A stretch of DNA of 64,000 nucleotides from an uncultured Gammaproteobacteria bacterium (GTDB lineage Bacteria; Patescibacteriota; Microgenomatia; UBA8517; UBA10165): contig CAYIUF010000001.1 in the NCBI GenBank assembly GCA_964366515.1, positions 51,388-115,387 on the forward strand. The letters are read 5' to 3'. The translations under genes and the position numbers were made by a program. The notes beneath the pieces were generated by a model that worked only from the letters and a program-made list of their open reading frames with translations, searched no databases and was not told the DNA's origin. Numbering within the stretch: the first letter of the stretch is position 1; the number at the start of each line of letters is the position of its first letter. Shown here in pieces: positions 45,414 through 55,538 of this stretch.

Positions 45414-46570
45414 AGCAACGGAGTCCAATCAGGAATTGGCGTTGTATTGTTTTGAATAAATACAATTGCAAAAAGGTAGATAGGAATAATCAAAAGAAGC
45501 ATTATCCATCTAAAGTCTCTTGCCGCGATAACTTTACTGAATGCTATAAATGCAAACGGAACCAGAGGCAAACTGTACCTTGCAAGATCTCTGTGAGAGA
45601 CAAACAAGAGAGACAAGAAAAATAGACCAGCAAAAGACGCAAGAAGCGCAAATTTTTGACGAATTAAATAAAGAACAGTTAAAGCTCCAAATAAGTAAAT
45701 CCAAACAACTTCCTCAAGCCAAAAAGTCCCAACCCACGTTTGTCCGGGGTTAAAAATCTGGAATGGAGGAAACATAAGGTGAATGTTGTCCCCCGAATTA
45801 AAGTAAGCAAAAAAGCTTCCGTATTGCTTTCCATACCAATACCAAAGTCCAACCAAGCTCAAGGGAATCAGAGAAATTGGGTATATTTGCCAAGGAAGTC
45901 TTTTGATCCATTTCGAAAAACTTACATGAGCAAGCTGTCCAAAAGTCGGAACAGCAATAGCAATTATGTATGAAAAAAACAATAGAATTCCGGGCGGCTT
46001 AGTAAGTTGGGCCATGGCCCCAAAAAGTGCCGCCAGCCAATATGACTTTTTGTTAAAGAAATAAATTGAAGTCAAAATTGTAAGTATGAATAGCGGCTCC
46101 GGCGACCCTACGGAGCGTGTAATCAAATACCTTGCAGGAAGAACCAGAAAGAGTATTGATAGCCATAGCGCATCTTTCTCGAGTCCGATCTGCCTTAGCA
46201 ACAAATAAAACACAAACGAAGCTAAGATACTAGAGATGCATGTGACCATCATCATTGCATAGGGGTAAGTTAAAAACGGCAAAACTGTGGCAACTCCGCG
46301 TATCAGCAGGGGGAACAAGGGATAATGCGCTGTGTAGTATATCGGAGGCAAAGGGAAGGAAAAATTTTGGGCAATTTTCTCTGGATTATAAAGGGTCTTG
46401 GCGGCAACTATGTAATACGGGCCGTCAAAATTTGAAACAACCGTCGCCATCCCATCCCTTTTTAATGGAATTCCCCATATTTCAGGCAATCTTAATGCAA
46501 AAGGAAGCCAAAGAATAATAGTTGTCGCAAGCGACGCAAGGGCAATAAAAAGAAAACTTCTGACCTTCAT
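45410..46570 (-). CDS. GT-C membrane glycosyltransferase (PIG-V/mannosyltransferase-like)
   Basis: NFDGPYY loop, YPLFPLLI, EPLF, many TM helices. Confidence 0.72.
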   Translation of the reverse strand: MKVRSFLFIALASLATTIILWLPFALRLPEIWGIPLKRDGMATVVSNFDGPYYIVAAKTLYNPEKIAQNFSFPLPPIYYTAHYPLFPLLIRGVATVLPFLTYPYAMMMVTCISSILASFVFYLLLRQIGLEKDALWLSILFLVLPARYLITRSVGSPEPLFILTILTSIYFFNKKSYWLAALFGAMAQLTKPPGILLFFSYIIAIAVPTFGQLAHVSFSKWIKRLPWQIYPISLIPLSLVGLWYWYGKQYGSFFAYFNSGDNIHLMFPPFQIFNPGQTWVGTFWLEEVVWIYLFGALTVLYLIRQKFALLASFAGLFFLSLLFVSHRDLARYSLPLVPFAFIAFSKVIAARDFRWIMLLLIIPIYLFAIVFIQNNTTPIPDWTPLL

Positions 46571-46624
46571 CAAATCAATAGTATATGTCGCAGGCGACGC
46601 GCGCAATATGATATCCTTGGGACG

Positions 46625-47353
46625 ATGCGTACCTTGACCGTGGTGGTTCCGGTTTACAACGAAGAAAAAGATATCCCAAGAAACATGCCCGTTTTGTATA
46701 GGTTTCTTGCAAATAACTTCAAAAACTACACTTGGCGACTGATCATTGCAGACAACGGACCCTCAAAAGATAGAACCCCGGAAGTTTCAAAGATACTTGC
46801 AAGAAAATATAAAAACCTCGTTTATGTGAGAATTCCTCGCCCGGCGCGCGGGAACGCGTTGAAAGAAATTTGGCTCAAAGAAAACGCGGATTTACTTGTT
46901 TATATGGATGTAGATTTATCCTCAGACCTAAACTTCCTCCCCCAACTTGTACGAGCTCTTGAAGAAGGAGCAGATATCACAATTGGCTCAAGACTCAAAA
47001 AAGGCGCGAAGGTTTACGGGAGAACTTTCCTTCGAGAAGTAATGTCGAGAGGATACAACATAATGATTAAGATTTTCTTCTGGACGAAATTTTCAGACGC
47101 CCAATGCGGCTTCAAGGGGATTCGACGCGAGGCGGCTCTGAAATTACTGCCGCACGTAAAAGATAGAGCTTGGTTTTTTGACTCTGAACTTTTGATAATT
47201 GCGGAAAAATCAGGATATAAAGTCCGGGAAATACCAATTGTTTGGCGCGATGACCCGGCCTCAACTGTGAAGGTGGCAAAGACCGCCTGGGGAGATATTA
47301 AAGGATTATACAGACTTTTCACCACACGTCCTTGGAAAAAAGTTGCCAAATGA
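46625..47353 (+). CDS. GT2 dolichyl/polyprenyl-phosphate glycosyltransferase (Alg5-like)
   Basis: VPVYNEE, MDVDLS, DAQCGFK, WFFDSELL. Confidence 0.9.
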   Translation: MRTLTVVVPVYNEEKDIPRNMPVLYRFLANNFKNYTWRLIIADNGPSKDRTPEVSKILARKYKNLVYVRIPRPARGNALKEIWLKENADLLVYMDVDLSSDLNFLPQLVRALEEGADITIGSRLKKGAKVYGRTFLREVMSRGYNIMIKIFFWTKFSDAQCGFKGIRREAALKLLPHVKDRAWFFDSELLIIAEKSGYKVREIPIVWRDDPASTVKVAKTAWGDIKGLYRLFTTRPWKKVAK

Positions 47354-48834
47354 AGAAAGACCACATTCTCCTTATCCTAATACTTCTTTTCGCAGCATTT
47401 TTTCGCCTTTGGCGGATTGATGAATATCTTCCTTTTTTGGGGGACGAGGGTCGCGATGTTCGAGTTGTGTACCGCTTTATTACCCAGTTTGATCTGATGT
47501 TCATTGGCCCCAGAACCTCAATTGGGGATATGTATCTTGGGCCGCTTTACTACTACTTTATATTCCCCTGGCTTGCGCTATTTCATTTTTCTCCAACAGG
47601 CCCCGCAGTTGCCGTAGCCTTAACCGGAATCGCAACGGTCGCATTTATTTATCATGTTGCCCGGGAATGGTTTGGGAAAACAGCAGCAATTGTTAGCGCA
47701 TTTTTATATGCAATATCGCCTAAAGTAATTGAACTTTCAAAGCATTCATGGAACCCTAACATAATGCCATTCTTTGCGCTCCTCTGCGTGTACGGTATGT
47801 GGAGAGTGTGGGCAAAAAAACAAATGTGGTGGCTTCCAATCGTCGGAGTGTCATTCGCGTTTGTCCTGCAGTCACACTACCTTGGGCTGCTACTCCTCCC
47901 AATACTTGGGTTGTTGTGGGTGCTAGGGTGGCTGGAAGCAAGACGCACACACAGCACTAAACGTTTCTTCGTTCTTTCGTTCCTCAGTCTCTCCATTTTC
48001 GTGCTGCTTATGTCTCCCTTGTTTTTATTCGACTATAAACATGGTTGGCATAACATGCAGTCAATGAAGCTGTTTTTTACACACAGACAAGAAACGGTTT
48101 CCGCGCGCCCCTGGAATGCAATCCCCACTGTGTGGGTATTGTGGAATGCGAAAGTCGTGCAGGAGATTATAGGGGTCGCACAAAAAAGTGTAGGTGCCGC
48201 AGTCGCTTTGATTCTGGCAGTATTAACCGGAATCTTGCTGTGGACTGAAAGAAAGCGGCTAACAACCTCCCGGGCTTCGTTTCTTCTATTGGTTGTATGG
48301 ATCACAGTCGGCTTAATCGGTATCGGTTCCATCAAACAAAACATCTTCGCCCATTATTTTGGCTTTATGTTTCCTGCGCCTTTTCTATTGGTGGGTGCAC
48401 TTTCTGAAAAGTGGTGGGACAATAAAAAGTGGGCAGTCTTGTGTGTTTTGGGCACAGTAGCGGTGTTTAGTCTAATAAACAACCCTCTAAAAAATCCGCC
48501 CCAGCGCCAAATGCAGAGAGTCCAAGAGATTGATAAAAAAATTATTGAAGAATCAGGGGGCCGCGCATTTAATTTTGGGTTAGTTGCAGAAAGAAACTAT
48601 GACGAAGGATATTTATACTTCTTTGAATTGTGGAAGGCCCCAGTACGCCAAGCCGATCCACAGCACCTGGCTGAAACAGTAACAGACCAACTATTTGTTG
48701 TCTGCGAAAATTTACCCTGCAATCCAACAACCAGCTCAAAAGCAGAAATTGCACATTTTGGACCAACAAAAATTGAAAAGGAATGGGACACAGGCGGAGT
48801 TAAACTTTACAAACTGTCACACCACCAATTGTGA
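47350..48834 (+). CDS. GT-C glycosyltransferase (ArnT/PMT-like)
   Basis: GDEGRD loop, GPLYYY, WNPN, many TM helices. Confidence 0.82.
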   Translation: MKKDHILLILILLFAAFFRLWRIDEYLPFLGDEGRDVRVVYRFITQFDLMFIGPRTSIGDMYLGPLYYYFIFPWLALFHFSPTGPAVAVALTGIATVAFIYHVAREWFGKTAAIVSAFLYAISPKVIELSKHSWNPNIMPFFALLCVYGMWRVWAKKQMWWLPIVGVSFAFVLQSHYLGLLLLPILGLLWVLGWLEARRTHSTKRFFVLSFLSLSIFVLLMSPLFLFDYKHGWHNMQSMKLFFTHRQETVSARPWNAIPTVWVLWNAKVVQEIIGVAQKSVGAAVALILAVLTGILLWTERKRLTTSRASFLLLVVWITVGLIGIGSIKQNIFAHYFGFMFPAPFLLVGALSEKWWDNKKWAVLCVLGTVAVFSLINNPLKNPPQRQMQRVQEIDKKIIEESGGRAFNFGLVAERNYDEGYLYFFELWKAPVRQADPQHLAETVTDQLFVVCENLPCNPTTSSKAEIAHFGPTKIEKEWDTGGVKLYKLSHHQL

Positions 48835-49814
48835 AAATATATAAAGAAGCACAAGCAATTTTAGATAAAATTAATGTTGCCAAAAATATACTCCTGTTTT
48901 TGCATGTTAACCCAGACGGGGACAGCATAGGATCAAACCTGGCTCTCGCTCGAGTTTTAGAGGGCATGGGGAAAAATGCCGCAATTTATTCTGCTGACGA
49001 ACCCCAGGAGAATCTAGATTTTTTACCCGGTCTTGAAAAAGTAATTCGCGAAGATCCCAATAAAGCAGATTTCGAAAAATATGATCTTTTAATTTTTTTA
49101 GATAGTGCCGAGGGCCTTCGCGTAACAAGACACGATCATTTGCCAGTCCCGGAAAAACTACCAACAATTGTAATAGATCACCATAGTACAAATGAAGGTT
49201 ACGGACAGGTAAACCTTATCGATTCAACAGCATCGTCAACTTCAGAAATTCTCTATAGCTTGTTTGAATCATGGAAAACAAAAATAGACCCAGGGACTGC
49301 CAACTGTTTGCTTGCGGCAATTTTCTCTGACACCGGAACCCTTAGGTGGGCAACAAACGAAAACACACTGGAAGCCGCAAGTCAGTTAATAAAAAACGGC
49401 GCAAACCTTGAAAAAATAAACTTTAACCTTTACTCAAGAACTCCACTTAATATGGTAAAGTACCAAGCCGAAGTAGTCAGAAGAATGAAAAAGGAAGCAG
49501 CCGGCAAAAAAAAGTTTCTCTGGGCGGCAACGTCATTTGAGGATATCGAAAAGCTGGGGGGAACAAAAATTGCAGTTGGAGGGTCAGACATTGGAAAAAC
49601 TGTGGAAGGAGTTGATTTTGCCCTTGTGATAAGAGAGGAAGAAAAAGGGGTAATAACGGGGTCCTTGCGCGCAAGAACGAATGTTGACGTTTCAAAAATT
49701 GCATCTTCTTTAGGCGGCGGGGGTCATAAAGCGGCAGCAGGCTTCTCCATAAAGTTCGAAGGATCATTTAACGACAAAGTCGGTGAAATCATTGAAAAGA
49801 TCAAATCATCATGA
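48831..49814 (+). CDS. nrnA: DHH/DHHA1 phosphoesterase (NrnA-like)
   Basis: HVNPDGDSIGS, IDHH, SDTG, GGGGHKAAAG. Confidence 0.88.
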   Translation: MKIYKEAQAILDKINVAKNILLFLHVNPDGDSIGSNLALARVLEGMGKNAAIYSADEPQENLDFLPGLEKVIREDPNKADFEKYDLLIFLDSAEGLRVTRHDHLPVPEKLPTIVIDHHSTNEGYGQVNLIDSTASSTSEILYSLFESWKTKIDPGTANCLLAAIFSDTGTLRWATNENTLEAASQLIKNGANLEKINFNLYSRTPLNMVKYQAEVVRRMKKEAAGKKKFLWAATSFEDIEKLGGTKIAVGGSDIGKTVEGVDFALVIREEEKGVITGSLRARTNVDVSKIASSLGGGGHKAAAGFSIKFEGSFNDKVGEIIEKIKSS

Positions 49815-51301
49815 TGAAAAACAAGCTCATTTCCTTCTTCCTGAGTATTATTCTGGTACTTGCCGCATTCGTCAGGGTTTATAGAACAAACGAAATCTTG
49901 GGCCTTTATTTCGACCAAGGTCGAGACGCGCAAGTAATTTGGGATTTTGTCCATAGTGGACGCTTATTTCTAATTGGCCCAACTACCGGAATCGAAGGAA
50001 TTTTTCGCGGCCCCTGGTACTACTGGCTGATTACTCCATTTTATTGGTTAGGAGGAGGCAACCCCGTTTGGCCTGCTGTGTTTCTAGCATTAACCACAGT
50101 GGCGGCACTTTTTATCATGTTCCATCTTTCATATGTGATTGCAGGTAAAACTGCAGGATTTCTTGCTTTGATAATCGGATCATTTTCATTCTTCTTTATG
50201 TTGGCCGCTCGCTGGCTTTCAAACCCCACGCCAATGTTTTTGATAAGTATGCTTCTTCTATACTCGCTGTTTTTAATACTAAACGGCAAAAAATGGGCAT
50301 GGATTGGTGTTTCATTCCTGGTCGGTTTGTCTATGCAGTTTGGGAGTGCAACGGAGGTATTTCTTTTTCCGGCTATTGCCGTATTTGCAATTTGGCAAAG
50401 GAAGATGTTGCCAAGCAAAAAAATTCTACTTTTATCAGTTGCTGCGCTTGGTGTAACGGTACTTCCTCAAATTGTGTTCGATATAAAACATGAAGGAATA
50501 TTACAAATTGGAATAAAAAGATTTCTTTTTGCGGAAGATAGTTTCAAGGCCTCGCTCTGGGAAGTAGCAAAACAAAGGGCAGATTTTTACTTGGGGGTTT
50601 TTGGATCAAAATTGTTTCCTTCATCGGGAGAATACCGAAACTGGTTTATATACGGTGGAATTGTGGCACTGTTGGGAACGTTCAAATATTGGAAGGTAAA
50701 CAAATATTTTCTGACCACACTCCTAATATTTTCTGCGCCACTTATTGGAATGCTATTTTTCCAGGGCAATAGCGGAAATGTTTACGATTACTACTTTACC
50801 GGATACTATTTTGTGTTTGTGATTTTGTTTTCGAGCGTTTTCTCTTACATTGCAAAGAGTCTGTTGGGCAAAGTGATTTTAGGAATATTTATCTACCTAT
50901 TTTTGATGGACAACATTGTAATTACAAGAAATTATATAAATGATCGCGGGGAAGGTGAGAACACAATAAATTTTGGCAACCAAATGCGAGCCCTCAATTG
51001 GGTATACGCGGATCTGGGTGAGTGCGACAAATTTAATCAAGACGCGTACGTACCGCCAGTTATCCCACACGCATACAACTATTTGTTTACATGGTATGGA
51101 GCCGAAATTGATTGTTCTCCTGTGGAGGAGCAAGTAAGTCTCTTATATACTATTTATGAAGTTGATCCGCCGCACCCCGAAAGGCTTAAGGCATGGCTTG
51201 ATAGGCAAAAGGGAATAGGCATTATTGAGAAGTCAGATCGCTTTGGAGGAATTACCGTAGAAAGAAGGATGAGAATCTCAGATGGTGAAAAACACGAGTG
51301 A
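49811..51301 (+). CDS. GT-C glycosyltransferase (ArnT/PMT-like)
   Basis: FDQGRD loop, GPWYYW; paralogue of the 47350 gene. Confidence 0.82.
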   Translation: MMKNKLISFFLSIILVLAAFVRVYRTNEILGLYFDQGRDAQVIWDFVHSGRLFLIGPTTGIEGIFRGPWYYWLITPFYWLGGGNPVWPAVFLALTTVAALFIMFHLSYVIAGKTAGFLALIIGSFSFFFMLAARWLSNPTPMFLISMLLLYSLFLILNGKKWAWIGVSFLVGLSMQFGSATEVFLFPAIAVFAIWQRKMLPSKKILLLSVAALGVTVLPQIVFDIKHEGILQIGIKRFLFAEDSFKASLWEVAKQRADFYLGVFGSKLFPSSGEYRNWFIYGGIVALLGTFKYWKVNKYFLTTLLIFSAPLIGMLFFQGNSGNVYDYYFTGYYFVFVILFSSVFSYIAKSLLGKVILGIFIYLFLMDNIVITRNYINDRGEGENTINFGNQMRALNWVYADLGECDKFNQDAYVPPVIPHAYNYLFTWYGAEIDCSPVEEQVSLLYTIYEVDPPHPERLKAWLDRQKGIGIIEKSDRFGGITVERRMRISDGEKHE

Positions 51302-52064
51302 ACTACCATATTTGTCTGTAGTTGTCCCTGCTTACAACGAAGAAGTAAATATAAAAAGGGGCGCAACGGATCGTCTGCTTTCGTATATGAAAAAGCAAGA
51401 CTATACCTGGGAGGTTTTGTTTGTTGACGATGGCTCTCAAGACAATACTGCAAGCTTACTTTCCGAACTTACAAAAAAAGAAACAAGAGTGCATTTGATT
51501 AAAAACCCTCATCAGGGCAAAGCGGCAACTGTAACAACCGGAGTAATGCAATCAAAAGGAGAAATAATTCTTTTTACAGACACAGATCAAGCAACTCCAA
51601 TGAAAGAAGTTGAAAAATTTTTGCCATACTTTCAAGAAGGCTACGACGTCGTGATCGGCTCCCGGAGCGGGAGGGCTGGAATGCCGGTATTTAGAAAAGT
51701 TATGGCATATGGTTTTGTTATTTTAAGAACAATCGTGCTCCGCCTCCCATTCAAGGATACCCAAACTGGATTCAAAGCATTTACTAGGGATTCAGCGCAC
51801 AGAATTTTTGCAACATTAAAAATCTTTGGAACAAGCGGGGTAATGGGCCAGACAAGAGTCATTAAAGGTGCCGCTGTAAAAGCAGGTTTTGACATAGAAA
51901 TACTGTTCGTGGCCCGAAAATTAGGCTACAAAATCAAGGAGGTCCCGGTTGAATGGCACCATCCAGGGACAACACGCGTCAATCCCTTAAAAGACTCAAT
52001 TGAGGCTCTAAGCGACATGATTAGGATTAGATGGTATGCCTTGCGGGGAGAATACAAAGGTTAA
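51282..52064 (+). CDS. GT2 polyprenyl-phosphate glycosyltransferase (Alg5-like)
   Basis: VPAYNEE, VDDGS, DTQTGFK, FDIEIL. Confidence 0.9.
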   Translation: MVKNTSELPYLSVVVPAYNEEVNIKRGATDRLLSYMKKQDYTWEVLFVDDGSQDNTASLLSELTKKETRVHLIKNPHQGKAATVTTGVMQSKGEIILFTDTDQATPMKEVEKFLPYFQEGYDVVIGSRSGRAGMPVFRKVMAYGFVILRTIVLRLPFKDTQTGFKAFTRDSAHRIFATLKIFGTSGVMGQTRVIKGAAVKAGFDIEILFVARKLGYKIKEVPVEWHHPGTTRVNPLKDSIEALSDMIRIRWYALRGEYKG

Positions 52065-52157
52065 TTATCAATTTCCAATTTTTAATTTTCAATGAATGTT
52101 CAAAACATTTAAATTTTCAAATTCATTTCAAATTTCGAATTTCAAATTTAAAATTCC
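52063..52157. repeat. AT-rich heptamer tandem repeats
   Basis: AATTATC AATTTCC AATTTTT AATTTTC ... AAATTTC GAATTTC AAATTTA. Confidence 0.7.
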
Positions 52158-53646
52158 CCTGCTGTTTTTGGGAATATTCTTACTAGCTTTGTTCCTCCGT
52201 ACGTACAATATCTTCTCAATTCCCATCTTTGCAGATGAGGCAATTTATATAAGATGGGCGCAGGTTATGCGCGCTGTCGCCTCCCTAAGATTTCTTCCAT
52301 TATCAGATGGCAAACAGCCCTTGTTTATGTGGATGATGATTCCGCTTCTCAAGGTGGTCACAGACCCTCTTGTGGCAGGCCGGATACTATCTGTGCTTTC
52401 GGGTCTTGGCGCTTTGGTGGGTGTATTTTTATTAACCAACAAACTGTTTGGCAAAAAACCTGCGTTGTTTGCGTCTTTTTTATATGCAATTTCCCCGTTT
52501 ACTGTTTTTTTCGACAGAATGGCACTAGTTGATAGCATGTTGGCAATGTTTGGGATCTGGTCACTCTACCTTGGTGTGCTAACTGCACAAACCTTAAGAC
52601 TGGACTACGCAATGTTAACCGGATTTGCCTTAGGCGGAGCATACCTAACAAAGTCCCCTGGAATATTCTTTCTTGCACTCCTTCCGACAACAATCTTGGC
52701 TGCCAAATGGAAAGACAACAAACATTCAAACTTAAATCAAGTTGGGAAACTCATCGGTTTGTGGAGTGTTTCATGGATTATCGGTCTCGGCTTGTATAAC
52801 ATCCTAAGGCTTGGCCCAGAATTTCATATGTTGGCAATAAGAAACAAAGATTATGTTTATAGCTTTGCAGATTTTTTCAAGCACCCCTTCGACCCGCTTA
52901 GGCCCCACATGGGGGATATACAATCATGGTTTTGGAATTTGCTGCCGGCTACAACTCTGGGCGCGGCGGTTTTCGGAATCGTAGCCAGTTTTAAAAAATC
53001 ATGGAAAATGGTACTACTTCTTCTTGCATGGTGCCTTGGCCCTCTGTTTGTCGAAGCCGCTTTAGCAAAAGTCTTTACAGCAAGATATGTCCTTTTTACT
53101 GCAACCCCCATGTTTATACTGGCTGGCGCAGGCGCCGCATTTGCGGCAAAGAAAATTAAAACTTTAACTGTTGTTGGACTACTTGGAGCAATGCCCCTCA
53201 CCATAAACTATCTACTTCTAACTGCTCCTGAAAAAGCCCCCCTCCACAAAAACGAAAGGGCAGGGTATCTGGAGGAGTGGACATCAGGAACAGGAATCAG
53301 AGAAATTGCAAAATATATAAAAGCTGAGAAGATAAAAAATCCTGAACAAAATATAGTTGTTGGGACAGAAGGTTATTTTGGAACCCTCCCGGACGGTTTA
53401 CAGATTTATTTATCAGATATTCCGGGAATTGTTGTAAGAGGGGTTGGGGTTACAATCTTTGATGTGGATTCTTCTCTTATTGACGCAAAAAAAGCAGGCA
53501 ACAGAGTATTTCTTGTAGTTAACTCAACGAGATTCAAGATTGAGAATCCAGAACTTAAGGGATTGGTTTTGGTAAATCAATATCTCAAAGCAAAAAGATC
53601 AAATGGCACTCAAGAAGCATTAACGCTTTGGGAGCTTGCCAAGTAA
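52096..53646 (+). CDS. GT-C glycosyltransferase (ArnT/PMT-like)
   Basis: FADEAIY loop, KQPLF, DRMALVD, many TM helices. Confidence 0.82.
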   Translation: MFKTFKFSNSFQISNFKFKIPLLFLGIFLLALFLRTYNIFSIPIFADEAIYIRWAQVMRAVASLRFLPLSDGKQPLFMWMMIPLLKVVTDPLVAGRILSVLSGLGALVGVFLLTNKLFGKKPALFASFLYAISPFTVFFDRMALVDSMLAMFGIWSLYLGVLTAQTLRLDYAMLTGFALGGAYLTKSPGIFFLALLPTTILAAKWKDNKHSNLNQVGKLIGLWSVSWIIGLGLYNILRLGPEFHMLAIRNKDYVYSFADFFKHPFDPLRPHMGDIQSWFWNLLPATTLGAAVFGIVASFKKSWKMVLLLLAWCLGPLFVEAALAKVFTARYVLFTATPMFILAGAGAAFAAKKIKTLTVVGLLGAMPLTINYLLLTAPEKAPLHKNERAGYLEEWTSGTGIREIAKYIKAEKIKNPEQNIVVGTEGYFGTLPDGLQIYLSDIPGIVVRGVGVTIFDVDSSLIDAKKAGNRVFLVVNSTRFKIENPELKGLVLVNQYLKAKRSNGTQEALTLWELAK

Positions 53647-54259
53647 GATCACCTTGAATAAAGCCGCAAGAGAACACTTCAAAAAAACCGACCCAATTTT
53701 ATATAAAGCACTAGAAAAAGTTGGTAAAGTGGAAATGGACAAGCCAAGAAGTCCGAAAGTATATTTTGAACATCTTGTTCGCTCAATTGTTTTCCAACAG
53801 TTGTCCGGGAAAGCTGCAAATACAATATATAGTAGATTCATGGCGTTGCTTCCAAAAGGAAAGGTGACCCCAGAAACTATCTTAAAACTAAGCGATGAAG
53901 AGATTCGTGGAGCAGGAATTTCAGGCCAGAAGATGGGCTATATCCGAGATTTATCGCAAAAGGTAAAAGATAAAGAAGTAGACCTTAACAATCTCCAAAA
54001 TTTAAGTGACGAGGAAGTAATAAGTGAGCTAACTAAAGTTAAAGGGATAGGCCGCTGGACAGCCGAAATGTTCCTCATGTTCACACTAACCCGCCCCGAC
54101 ATTTTCTCCCATGGCGACCTTGGCTTAAGGAATGCAATTAAAATGCTATACAAACTTGAAAACCCGACCCAAGAGCAAGTAGAACTCATTTGTGCAAAGT
54201 GGTCGCCACACAGAACATACGCTTGCAGAATCTTGTGGGAAAGCCTGGATAATCGCTGA
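53636..54259 (+). CDS. DNA-3-methyladenine glycosylase (AlkA, HhH-GPD family)
   Basis: IVFQQLS, KGIGRWTAEM, DLGLR, WSPHRTYA. Confidence 0.92.
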   Translation: MPSKITLNKAAREHFKKTDPILYKALEKVGKVEMDKPRSPKVYFEHLVRSIVFQQLSGKAANTIYSRFMALLPKGKVTPETILKLSDEEIRGAGISGQKMGYIRDLSQKVKDKEVDLNNLQNLSDEEVISELTKVKGIGRWTAEMFLMFTLTRPDIFSHGDLGLRNAIKMLYKLENPTQEQVELICAKWSPHRTYACRILWESLDNR

Positions 54260-54291
54260 AGCTCATATATCGAGTACGCTATAACAGATGA

Positions 54292-55149
54292 TCACTTCAA
54301 TATATAAATATCCTGGTTAGTCTCAGAAGTCCCCACAAGCTCGCCCGAGCCTCGGAGTATTGCCTCGTAGGGAAGGCAGTTGTTGCACCCGTTAGTGGAG
54401 CAGTTCAAAAGATTCAATTGCCTTGCAAGCTTAATTCGCTTTGCAACCTCCATCACCCTGTCAATTGCGTCTTTTTCTTCAGGTAAGACAGCCTCCTGTG
54501 GGGTGTCGCTTTTATCTATATACCAATAACTTGCTTTCGAAACTGGATACTTTTGAGTATTTTTAGTCAAAAGATAGTATATCGGAAGCTGTAAAGAGCC
54601 CTCAGACTCCTCATTTTTACCGGTCTTGAAGTCAACAATATGAACTGATCCATCGTCCATATATTCCAACCAATCAATCTTCCCACACAAAATTATGTTG
54701 TCTTCTTTGGAAAATAAATATCGCGGCAGTTCAAAATTAGATTTTGACCCGTCCTCTTCTCTTGGGGTGATTTTTATGGCCTTGTTTAGAAGTATTCCCG
54801 GATTTTTCTCTACTCGCGCAAGCATTGCCAAACCCCGCTCTTTGTATTCTGCTTCTTGCTCAGGAGTTCTAAACCCCCCCATTTTCCCTGAAACTTTTGC
54901 CCATGCTTCCTCAAACTTTTTAGATAAAGGCTCCTTAAATCTTTCGGCTGCAGGAAACGCAGACAAGGCCTCCAAAGTCTCATGAACCGCCTGCCCCAAA
55001 GCCAAAGGGGGAGACATAATGGTCATCTTCCTGTTTGTCGCCTTGCTCTTATACATATTTCGAAGATAATAAGACCGGGCACACTTCAAAAAATCTCCAA
55101 TTGAAGAATGAGATACCCAAACCGGCTGGCTTTCTCTGGGCTTGATCAC
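54292..55149 (-). CDS. Solo PD-(D/E)XK nuclease, Cas4/AddB-like
   Basis: SHSSI..F..C, LGQAVHE, GKID, IVDFKTG, QL.IY, C-terminal Cys cluster. Confidence 0.85.
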   Translation of the reverse strand: MIKPRESQPVWVSHSSIGDFLKCARSYYLRNMYKSKATNRKMTIMSPPLALGQAVHETLEALSAFPAAERFKEPLSKKFEEAWAKVSGKMGGFRTPEQEAEYKERGLAMLARVEKNPGILLNKAIKITPREEDGSKSNFELPRYLFSKEDNIILCGKIDWLEYMDDGSVHIVDFKTGKNEESEGSLQLPIYYLLTKNTQKYPVSKASYWYIDKSDTPQEAVLPEEKDAIDRVMEVAKRIKLARQLNLLNCSTNGCNNCLPYEAILRGSGELVGTSETNQDIYILK

Positions 55150-55259
55150 AAATACAATCTAGTGCAAATGAGGGAAGCGAGTCAATAAGAAATTGCAGAA
55201 TCTCAAATTAAGGGAATATACTATTAATAAACCGCCACTGATACTACGGCGGGTCAAAG

Positions 55260-55535
55260 GTGGTGAGAAATTTGAAACTTAATCCTCACAAAGTAGGTCT
55301 AACAGTAGGGACAATGTTTGTTATTGTCCATACCATCTGGGGTGTTGGCATAGCCCTTGGCTTTGCCCAAACACTTCTTGATTGGATGATGTCCTTGCAC
55401 TTTGTACAAGTGACCCATTCCTATTCAAGCTTTAACTTAACAAGCTTGCTTACTCTCTTAGTAGTTGCAGCAGTAAGGGGGTACGTAGGAGGCTACATCC
55501 TAGCCAGTGTATGGAACTACTGGAATAAAAAGTAA
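55260..55535 (+). CDS. Small membrane protein
   Basis: Hydrophobic 91-aa ORF. Confidence 0.7.
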   Translation: MVRNLKLNPHKVGLTVGTMFVIVHTIWGVGIALGFAQTLLDWMMSLHFVQVTHSYSSFNLTSLLTLLVVAAVRGYVGGYILASVWNYWNKK

Positions 55536-55538
55536 AGG

